Shown here in pieces: positions 53,526 to 64,000 of a DNA stretch of 64,000 nt (position 1 is its first letter; each line of letters begins with the position of its first letter). Below the pieces are notes generated by a model. The model worked only from the letters and a program-made list of their open reading frames with translations, was not told where the DNA came from and made no database searches. The DNA lies in assembly GCA_951406725.2 (NCBI GenBank), contig OX597820.1:93434001-93498000 (forward strand), in the 5' to 3' direction. The translations under genes were made by a program, and so were the position numbers. This DNA comes from Octopus vulgaris (taxonomy: Eukaryota).

Positions 53526-54774
53526 CACAGTGGACTTGGGCAGGATTTGAACTCAGAATGTACAGAAATACTACAGATATTTTGTCTGCCATGGTACCAG
53601 TTCTGCTTCTCACCTGCCGTTATATATAAGCCAATAAAGAAGCATTTAGTTGACTGATTAACCAGCTAGAAATAGCAGCCATATATCCCTCAAGTCACAT
53701 CATCTTAAAAATGAAAGGTTGCACTTGATAACATAGTCCTAGATACACAAAAAGACATTATAGTCATATCTGGAATGCCTCTGATTAGAGGTCTGCTTGA
53801 ACAGAGCTGACATGGGGTTAAACATTAAGTATTAACACAAACTAAAAAGTGAATGCAACGGTATGTATATGTAAGATTCAGGATTCGAGGAATCAGCTGA
53901 GAGTTTCAGCAATAATGACCATAAAATGTAGTTTGTAGGACTAGATGAGTTTGGTCAACATGAGGAGAGAAAAAGTATTTGATGATTCAGACCAGTCATG
54001 GACAAACTGTAGCCCGCGGGACTTTCTGAATGGTATGCAAATGAAAAATTATCTTAATTTTTTTTTAGTAGTGCGACCCACCTGATGATGAGCGATGTTT
54101 CATGTGGCCCTCTTCTCATTTTATTTAGACAGATGTCCTTCAACAGAGTCAGTGAATGAAATGGCAGATATTTTCACCTTGTGGTAGCATCCAAACTTAG
54201 AGACACTGACAAAAAAAATCTTTTGGAAAATATATGCAAGCGTATGTTTATTTTGAAGGCTATGAGTGTTTTCAATGTTATTGTTACAAATTAATTAAAT
54301 TCTTTCTTTTTTTTTTTCAGATAATCTAAACTACTGATATGGTTGATATCCATTGGAATGTCTCTGTAATTGTTTAAGATATTTTGGCTAGCAGAAGTAT
54401 ACAGCTACACAACATGCAAGTTTAGTGATCAACAAAAGCATTGTAATCATGGTAGAGGATATGCAGAGAAAACAAAGCAGGCAGGAGAGACAGTTGTTAT
54501 TGTTGTTCAGCAGCAAGTCAAACTGACTTCTGTTAAAATATTCCTATTGAGATACACTAGCTTTATTTCAATTTTGAAAATAATGAAAAATTTAGTAAAA
54601 TAACTTTTTCATTATTAAGCTAGGATATGGAACTTAACTTAAACTGAAATTTTGATGGGAGGTTTTAATTTAGATCAATTTAAAATTTGAAGTCTGTAAC
54701 ATAGCACCAGGAACATTATCCTATGTCTTTTCCACTGGAAGATTTCTGGCTGTGCTTTGAAAGATATTTTTCTG

Positions 54775-55531
54775 CTATTTCTACAAGACCAAGTGGCCAC
54801 ATACATGATCCTATTTCTACTAGACCAAGTGGCCACATACAGGATCCTATTTCTACTAGACCAAGTGGCCACATACAGGATCCTATTTCTACTAGACCAA
54901 GTGGCCACATACAGGATCCTATTTCTATTAGACCAAGTCGCCACATACAGGATCCTATTTCTACTAGACCAAGTGGCTACATACAGGATCCTATTTCTAC
55001 TAGACCAAGTGGCCACATACAGGATCCTATTTCTACAAGACCAAGTGGCCACATACAGGATCCTATTTCTACTAGACCAAGTGGCCACATACAGGATCCT
55101 ATTTCTACTAGACCAAGTGGCCACATACAGGATCCTATTTCTACTAGACCAAGTCGCCACATACAGGATCCTATTTCTATAAGACCAAGTGGCCACATAC
55201 AGGATCCTATTTCTACAAGACCAAGTGGCTACATACAGGATTCTATTTCTACTAGACCAAGTGGCCACATACAGGATCCTATTTCTACAAGACCAAGTGG
55301 CCACATACAGGATCCTATTTCTACAAGACCAAGTGGCCACATACAGGATCCTATTTCTACTAGACCAAGTGGCCACATACAGGATCCTATTTCTACTAGA
55401 CCAAGTCGCCACATACAGGATCCTATTTCTACAAGACCAAGTGGCCACATACAGGATCCTATTTCTACTAGACCAAGTGGCTACATACAGGATCCTATTT
55501 CTAGTAGACCAAGTAGCCACATACAGGATCC
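54775..55531. repeat. 36-bp minisatellite, ~21 copies
   Basis: Unit GATCCTATTTCTACTAGACCAAGTGGCCACATACAG; variant units recur every 252 bp. Confidence 0.97.
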
Positions 55532-57165
55532 CTTATTGAATTTTAATACTGATTATTAAGGATGCTCTGTTCTTTCATAAGTAAATAAGAAAAATAAAGA
55601 GTAATTTGTAGGTTTAAAAAATACTTGATTTGCTGACGTTGCTTCCTTTATTTTGATTTCTTTAATACTTGTATACAATATTCCCTCTTAGCAGCATGCA
55701 CACAGCCACACAATCACTGAGCTGATGTCATGCACACTGAAACATTGCCATTCATTTGAATTTACAAATGTGCACTCAAAAACCTGATTGAATGTTTGAA
55801 TGCTACACATTATCTTTGAATTTAAAATAGTTTCGCTTAGACTATTAACAGTTTCATTTAATGCTTGGGCAACAATTAAAGAGAACAGTTACAGAGAATT
55901 ATACGAACTAATTGGACTAATTTAGTCAATGGCAAATTGGCAGAGTCATTAGAGCATTTCAATAAAATTGCCTCATAGTATTTGCTTTGTCAATGCACTC
56001 TGCTCTTAAACCTGACATAGGTCAACTTTACCTTTCATCCTTTTAGGGTGAATATAAGTCCTAAGCTAGAACAGTAGATTAGCAGAACTGTTAGAGAGTA
56101 AAGAAAGATGCCCAGCAATACCTGTTCTGGCTCTTTGTGTACTGACAGCAATGATGATACTGGTGCCAAACTATACCAACCCAAGTTGACTCTTTTTTTT
56201 TTTGGTTAACCATCAGTAGTGAGAAGAAGGGAGATCTGCATACAAGAGAAACTGACAGTTTCCATTAAAATAACTTGTCCAGGCCTGCACATCCATGTGC
56301 AGTGGCCTGAGCAATTGTCAATACAGATGAAAGTAGGATAAGAAAAACACTGGACCAGCATGTTCCTATGATGCATATTCAGAGCTTATTTAAGTGCTCT
56401 ACTGTGTTTCTCATCAAGACACTTTATTACTACATACATCAAGTCACCCAGCTGTTGGAAATAGGTGCCTGAATGCCTGTAAAACATTTATAGGCCTCGT
56501 GGTGCTTTAAACATACTTCAATAGTGTATTTTTTTAAATGAGTAAAGGGAATTAACTCAAATGGGCCAATTACATAAATTTTTCTAAGTTAAATAAAGGC
56601 TGATGTACAAAATTCTGTGCACAAAATTTTTTAATTGATTGAAATTATCCTTTTGGTTGGAGAAAGAAAACAAAAAAAAATATTACCACTGGTAATTGTT
56701 AGAAACTCTCAAAGAAAAGAAAGGGGAGATAATTACCAGAAGTTAATGTTTCCAAGGAGAATGAAAACCTGATCTTTGTTCACAGATAAGTAATATTTAT
56801 AGGTATGTTTTCATACAATAGACTTCACAATTCCTGTAATTATTTCACATGCTTTATCTCCGTAATTATGTAGCAGACTTGTAAAAAGTAGTCTGTCTTG
56901 CTGTCTGTATGTTATGAGCTACAGGTTAGTATGTTATCAGCAGTTGGTTTGATAATAACAAAGATATTAGATAGTATCTCTGTAATGAACTCTAAAACAA
57001 AATAAACATATCAGACGAGAAGTTCTTTATTCTGCAAACATGGTACAACCATTCTCCTATCCTTTAAGTACATGTGATGAACTGAAGGAATATAAAAACC
57101 TGTGGGGATAATTCTGAGCAAAGAATAATAATGAATCTTCAGTTTTACAAACTGACAGGCATGCA

Positions 57166-57529
57166 TCTCTATATATATAAACGGCAAAACGTCTGTGTGC
57201 ATGTCCTTTACACAAATCCACAATTTTTCAGTTAGAGGGCTCGCACTTTCTATGGTCATTCAAAACAGTCCAAGGGTGGTCGTGCACATCTTTACATTTC
57301 CCCAGTCAACCCGCAAAGCCATTAAAAAATCAATAGAAGTGGCTTTTTTGTGAATTTTCTATCCAAAACCCAATCAAAATGCCTGAAACTTGAAACGCCA
57401 ATTGAATGCCAGCTAGCTGTATGTGACTGGTCAGAGATTTGGACAGTACTCGCGTGTATGTGCGCACGTACGCAGCTGTATATGCATGCACTAACACTAT
57501 GACCCGGCATTGCCAGGTCATAATGCTAG
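57166..57529 (+). mobile_element. Non-autonomous Helitron-like element, copy 2
   Basis: A|TCTCTATATATATAAACGGC...GACCCGGCATTGCCAGGTC...CTAG. Confidence 0.82.
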
Positions 57530-59026
57530 ACTTATATTAAATTACTAGTTAGGATTAGTGATTAGGGTGTTGTACTCATGGACATAAAGCTGTGGGTTCA
57601 ATTCCCTGGAATGGGTGCACTGTCCTCTTGATCAAGGTGTACATCATTTAATGTTACTCGAGTCTGCTCAACTGAAAAGGAATGCCAGCTGAGTGCAGTA
57701 AAGCAGCCCTCACTTCTATAAGCTGTTACATTTTTGATGTTCCTTTGGGTTAAGGGCTGAGAGTGTGTCTATATCTCATCACCACTACATACACCTAAAA
57801 CAATTATATCAAAGTATGGTACGTGCTACCAGTAAATACTCAAATAGGAATGGTGGCTATAGTTTGGTTTATGACTTATATGAAAGGGGTTTTTTTTTCA
57901 TGTGTTTCTATAGAACTTCTTTAATGGAAAGTTTCAAATTTGAATGTAGGCAAAGTTTCACCTATGGGAGAGGGGTCTACACATCTACTCCACACATTCA
58001 CTCAGACTACCAGAAATAGCAGGTAAATCTTCCTAAAATCATACTTTACAATCTTAGATAATATAATCCAACATCGATCTTAAAAGATGGAATGGTATGG
58101 TTGGATTGCCTTTGAGCAAAGATCTGCTGAATGAAGAATGACCTGGGACTAAACAACAAACTAACAAGGGATTCTTTACTTAGTCACTCAACTTGCAAGA
58201 AATAACAGCAAAAACTCCCTCAAATTACATTACTGACTTAAAAAAAGGAAGGAAACATTTGCTCATAAATCAGTTTGATCCACATTGAGCTGGGTTCAAT
58301 AATAAACAATATATTATTACTCTCTCCATTACCACCCTCTCAACTATAAATCTGTTCCTCTCAGTGCTTCTACCCTAACATTGGATTCACCAAAGCCTTG
58401 TAAGTAAAATTTGGTAGTAGAAAACTGTGAAGTGTGTTTGAGATATTATGCCAATAATTAACTTATGCACAGATTCTGTTTCATTTCTTTTATTATTATT
58501 ATTAACCACTTAACAACCACCACCATCAGTCAATCAATCAAATCAATTAGGTTTGTGTTGAAGTCCTTCCATCACCATTTGCCCTCTCTATTCCAGGTCT
58601 GCTGGTTGATTAATTGACTAATAATGGTAAAGGAATTCAAATGTAACCATGTGTGTGTGTTTATTAATGCCATAATATTGTTTCAATGCTATAATATTGT
58701 TTCAATGTATAAGTTTATACCAAGAATCTTGTAAATCAAATGCAAAAACAAAATAGTTTATTTTTCTATATTAGTAACAAAGTTTAGCAAAAAATATGGC
58801 ACTGTGGGATTTGATTTCAGTAAAACCTGACCATGCAAGTTTTGTAGCAATAAAAGTGAATTAGTATGTATGTACATAATCTGCTACAAACAACAACCAT
58901 ATTTCACATCAACCACACCCTTCTAATTTGAAAGGACCTCTCTAAAAGAATAGAGTGTTTATGACTGAATAGTTGACTAAATAACAATAACAGTCAAAAA
59001 GGTTTTTTTTAAAAAAAAAGCTATAT

Positions 59027-59308
59027 ATTTTCACCAAGCATAGATTGATTTTCACCAAGCATAGATTGGCATACTTGGGTCATATTATGCGGAGAAAATC
59101 CCTGGAGAAGGACATCATGCTCGGAATGGTCAGTGGCAAGAGAGGAAGAGGCCAACCAAGAATCCACTGGCTTGACACCATCAAGAGGGATACCGGAATG
59201 GACATAGCCAATCTGAAAGAAGCGGCCCAGGATAGAACTGACTGGAGGACACTGATCCAACGAGGGACCGAGAGTTGACTTCGACTGAGCGGATAGATAG
59301 ATAGATAT
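59027..59308 (+). mobile_element. RTE (BovB-like) LINE 3' fragment with (GATA)n tail
   Basis: HRLAYLGHIMRRKSLEKDIMLGMVSGKRGRGQPRIHWLDTIKRDTG...AAQDRTDWR; 21-bp tandem duplication at the 5' junction. Confidence 0.88.
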
Positions 59309-60699
59309 ATTTTCATTGTAATGTAAATCAGTCACTCTCATCATTAATAATGTTTCATTTTCATGTTGGGGTGTGTTGGATATTTCAGTAGGATCTGACG
59401 AGTCAGAGGACTGCATTTTGGTCCAATTCCAACATCTGCCCTGACATGGCTTCTATGGCTTGATGTCCTTCCTAATGTCAACTACTTTCTAGAGTGTACA
59501 GGTTGCATTTTTGTGGGCACCAACACTGGTGAAGTTGTCTTATAACTTGCAGAACCTCAGTCTTGCAAGTTGATCAACTTCTCTTTTTAATGTTATCTAC
59601 ACTAACATTATCTAATGTATTTTCATTTTTAAAGGTAACACAAATCTGGTCTGAGAAAGATTCAGTTTCTATCAGGTCAAGCAACCACATAGAGCAATGA
59701 TAACCTCATTACCTTATCTATGTGTGCTTAAAGTACATGACAACACTAATAAACACTGCCTGTTATATATATACTTTAGTGTATCATCATTACATTCTAG
59801 TAGAAAACCATTCACTTAGAAATTCTGTTATTGGCTTGTGTTTACTGAAACAGTTGATATTTCTCAGTCTTTCAATTTCTATATTATTGTCAAAAATACA
59901 CAACTATCATCATCATCATCAACATTTAGTGTCTGCTTTCAATGCTGGCATCAGTCAGATGGTTTGACTGAAACCGGTAAACCGGAGAGCTGCACCAGGT
60001 TCCAATCTGATTTGGCATGGTTTCTACAGTTGGATGTCCTTCCTAACACCAACCATTCCAAGAGTATAAATGGGTGCTTTTTACATGACAATTAAGTGAC
60101 ACTGGCATTATCCACAACTATAATTTCATTGGCTTGATGAGTCTTCTCAAGCATGACATATCACCAAAGGTCTCAGTCACTTATCACCTCCATGAGGCCC
60201 AATGTTCAAAGGGTGCTTTTTACATACCACCAGCACAGGTGCCTATTACATGACACCAGCATTGGCCACGACTACAGTTTCATTTGGCTTGACAGGTATT
60301 CTCAAGCATGACAAATTTCTACTTATGATCTTCAAATTATGTAAATGCAGTAAGCAGGCAAAAGTGTTAGAGCACCAGACAAAATACTTTGTGATACTTT
60401 TCAGGGTCAATAAACAAGTACCAGTTGAGCACAGTGGTCAATGCAATTGATTTAATTCTTGCCCTAAAACGCTGGCCTTGTACCAACCATTATCTTGAAA
60501 CATATGAAGATAACTTGAACTGGGCAATTAAGTAGACATTCTGTGTCACATTTATGTTCATTTTGATTGTGAAATTGGATTCACAAAGGAGCTTTTTGAG
60601 ACTTTAGGAATTGGGTCAAACTAATTGCACCATTGTTATTTATCAAGATTTTCAAACACATCCTTTCCAAATTGCTGATGTTAGCGCAAAAGGTTATTT

Positions 60700-62520
60700 T
60701 AATTATTTAACATCACACTTTATGCCTAATAGCATCATGAATTGTAGGTTTTTTTCATAAACCAATTAACGATTCAGTTCTTTTTTATGATAAAAATGAA
60801 TATTTTGGCACAAGACCGTTAACAGTGATGGTTTTGCCCTGATGTTCACGTCATTCGTTGATATTCAAGTTGATATGTCATTTACTTTTTACAGCAAAGT
60901 TAAAACTGTGTAACGGAGTAGCAGTGTAATGAATGGTAGTTATGTTATTGCGCTCCACTCAGGAATGATGAAAACATGTAGTTAACCTAGACGAGTTTGA
61001 ACTTTGAACGTGGTAAGGACGTCACTAAATACTGCCCTCTAGTTTCCATTCTCGGAAGTGTGGGTCGATGAGACCTTCGAGACAGGCTGGAAATAGGGGA
61101 GAAGAAACTGGAGACCTAATATGAATACTTAAAACAGAATGGGCTTCCCTAAAGACACTGAGCGAAACATTAAGTGCACAAATGATGATGATGATGATGA
61201 TGATGATGACGGATTCTTTTAGCAGGACGCCGAGCGAATTTTAGCAAGGATGCGAGATTGCTGTTAATTATATATATATACCTTAAGATATAAGAAGAGT
61301 TTCATTTAGGGAGTGCGACAGATCAAAACTTAACTCCAAATGGAAGTGGGGTTTTGAATTTAGAAAGTGGAGGTGACGAGACGAAAGCTTTTAGACAAAT
61401 GCTAAACTGTTTTTGTACCAATCAAATGTAAACAGAGTAACAGATGGATACGCACACACAGCCAGAATGAAGGAGGAGACAACAGATTTCTACAGTAACA
61501 TCTCATTCATTATTTTGAAAAAAATGTAATAATAAAAAGACACAGATTTTGACCGGTGAAATATAGCTCACGTTGACAAGTTGTTATAAACTTAAAACAA
61601 TGAGCATGAGATGTCACCTAAACTCTATCAGGGGCGGGGAGGCTAACTATCTAAATATTAGATGGTTTATTTAATTGTGGGGGGATATAAAAAGTACAGT
61701 AAGATATACTGAAGGACTCAAAGTTCAACTGGTTGTAGAAGGAAAGAAAGAGGGAGAAGGGGGGGAGGACAGTTCGACAGAAGTCAAAGTAACCGAAGTT
61801 CACTTCGTTATTGTTTACCTCGTCAAGGTGAGCTCTGAAGAAGTTCATCTATATAATTGAAGATGTTCAAGTTGTGGCCGCTATCTCTTTTTTCCTTTCT
61901 TCGTGCATTTACGTAGGTGTCTCTTTTAATATATATATATTTTTTTTTTTAGGTCAGAATATAATTTGAGCGGGGAAGGTTAACAACTATTTGCAGCAGG
62001 TCAAACACGAGAAACTAATTTAATTACTGTCGCACGCCTTTACAGAAAACGACAATAAAGCAATATAGATACTCCGAAGGATATATAATTAATTAACTGC
62101 ATTGTGAGTTGTAAGTAGCAGACCAAGGAGAGAATGTTTTCATATAACAATGTAAATAAACATACTATACATATTCTAATTCATAGTTATTCATCATCTA
62201 ATATATCATGGGCACTTGCACGAAGCACTCGGCCCTTCGTCCACTCCTGTAACTTTCTGCTAATTAAAAAATAACAAAGTAAATATACTCATGGATTGAG
62301 TTTTTCTATTCTACCAAACCTCAGTGTGTGTGTGTGTGTGTGTGTGTAAGTTTCTTCGGTGTATGTATGTATGTATGTATGTACGGATAGATAGATAGAT
62401 AGATAGATGATGATAGATAGATAGATATATAGACAGATAGATAGACAGACAGACAGAGAGATAGACAGAGAGATAGACAGACAGAGAGATAGATAGACAG
62501 ACAGAGAGAGAGAGAGAGAG

Positions 62521-62583
<63 letters not shown>

Positions 62584-64000
62584 CAGACAGAGAGGTAGAC
62601 AGACAGAGAGATAGATAGATAGACAGACAGAGAGATAGACAGACAGATAGATAGATAGATAGATAGACAGATATCTTAATATAATTTGGATTAAAAAAGA
62701 AAAGAACTAGATATTTTGAATCTCGAGGTCGTTCGTGTGAGGTTTTAGAAAATAGACAACTTCGAAAGTGAAACCAGGAATTAATTTTAAGGTTTTAAGA
62801 GAATTAACCACTAGTTATTATGAACTTGGTAGATCTGGACAAAAAACGGTAGCAATAAAGGTGAATTGGACGAACGATGGGGAATTTTTCAAAAAACGAA
62901 CTACGGCGATTCACTTAATAAAAATACTGTCACGACAAATTTAGACTGAAAGGAATTGAAAAAAAAAAAAATTAGTTTATATAATAATAATAATAAAAAA
63001 AAATGTAACTAACCATAAAAAATGTTTACGCATATTTAGTGTCTGTGCTTTTGGTAACTTTTCCATGTTAAAAATGATCTGTGAGAATATGGTGAGAAGC
63101 TTTTCGTTCGTGTATATTTGCGTTTCTGCGTGATTGCTTGTTTACAATTGTTGCTTTGACTGAAGAAAATGGTTGCGTAAAGAAACATTTAACAGGAGCA
63201 GCAGCAACAACAACAGCAGCAGCTTATCGACGAACCAACCTCTACACTAAACTATCCTACTGCTACTCCACATACCCTCTCTCTCTCCCTACGGATCACA
63301 CACGTCTATCTCTACTAAATAACGGCTATCATATCTACATCATCATCATCATCATTATTATCATGATCGTCATCATTGTCGTTATTATTATTAATATTAT
63401 TATTATCGACTTTGCCTTTCATCCTTTCGGGGTTGATAAATTAAGCACCAGTTACGCATTGGGGTCGATGTAATCGACTTAACCCCTCTGTCTATCCTTG
63501 TTTGTCCCCTCGGTGTTTAGCCCCTTGTGGGTAGTAAAGAAATAGTTATCATTATTATCATCATCGTCGTCATCATCATCATTACGATCCTTACCAACTT
63601 CGCTGCAAAAATCGTCGTCGTCGCCCCCCCCCCCCCCACGCACACACAAGTCAACGAGAGACATTTACGTTGCCTCTCGACTTAGCTGGCCATAACAGCC
63701 AAACCACCCTCAAACCATAAACTATCATCATAAAAAAAAAAAAAAACTGGAACGCCTTTGATCAAAGGACGGTTCAGTCAAGATTGACCTGGGGTTAAAT
63801 AACAGCGATATCAGCAGTTTCTGCGAATACCACCAACGCCACCACTGCCTCATGCTACCACTACCTTCGGTGCATCCACTGTTATAATTATCATTATCTC
63901 AATCAGCCTTTTAAAATACCAATACCACCACCACCACCATTTCTAGCTTTTACCATCGTCACATCCCCCTCCTATAACTGCTCCTCTCATCTCTGCACTT
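60700..64000. promoter_or_regulatory. CpG-retaining zone, probably the promoter-proximal region of the minus-strand gene
   Basis: By eye, CpG is frequent in non-repeat sequence here but scarce in non-repeat sequence left of ~60.7 kb; not counted. Confidence 0.4.
62324..62672. repeat. Compound (GT)n/(TATG)n/(GATA)n/(GACA)n microsatellite
   Basis: Direct reading. Confidence 0.95.

Noticed and set aside
54775-55531. CRISPR-like array (36-bp repeats)
   Set aside because: The units are contiguous with no unique spacers, there are no cas genes, and the context is eukaryotic.
54675-55559. 278-281 aa repeat ORFs on both strands
   Set aside because: They follow from a 36-bp unit that lacks stops in some frames; no splice or start context or domain similarity was seen.
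59300-59416. MQSSDSS...HENETLLMMR as the missing first ETNPPL exon
   Set aside because: It overlaps a decayed family-C repeat and has no suitable phase-2 GT donor.
61651-61848. ORF MNFFRAHLDE| as first coding exon
   Set aside because: Its phase-0 donor is incompatible with the phase-2 acceptor at 31280, and there is no similarity.

Overview
AT-rich, microsatellite- and transposon-dense eukaryotic (animal) DNA. The repeat families and (CA)n/(TA)n/(CAT)n density suggest an octopod cephalopod, which is an inference. Most of the window is intronic sequence of one minus-strand gene, an ETNPPL/PHYKPL (AGXT2-like, class-III PLP aminotransferase-fold phospho-lyase) orthologue. Five in-phase GT-AG coding exons are present (31280-31162, 24484-24325, 20025-19951, 13488-13383, 2891-2680). 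The first coding exon was not found and probably lies beyond the CpG-rich right end; the 3' exons lie left of position 1. The introns contain tRNA-derived SINEs, RTE- and CR1-like LINE 3' fragments, deleted Tc1/mariner elements (two rearranged into fold-backs), hAT and piggyBac-type MITEs, three non-autonomous Helitrons and a 36-bp minisatellite. The most unusual signal is a set of about six minimal type-I hammerhead-ribozyme-like motifs with palindromic stem III, each in a different small repeat. One sits inside a tRNA-headed SINE-like element, one in the loop of a fold-back, and one has a non-canonical core. There is also a repeated pseudoknot-like module in an RTE LINE 3' UTR. All structures were paired by eye; no folding or database search was run.
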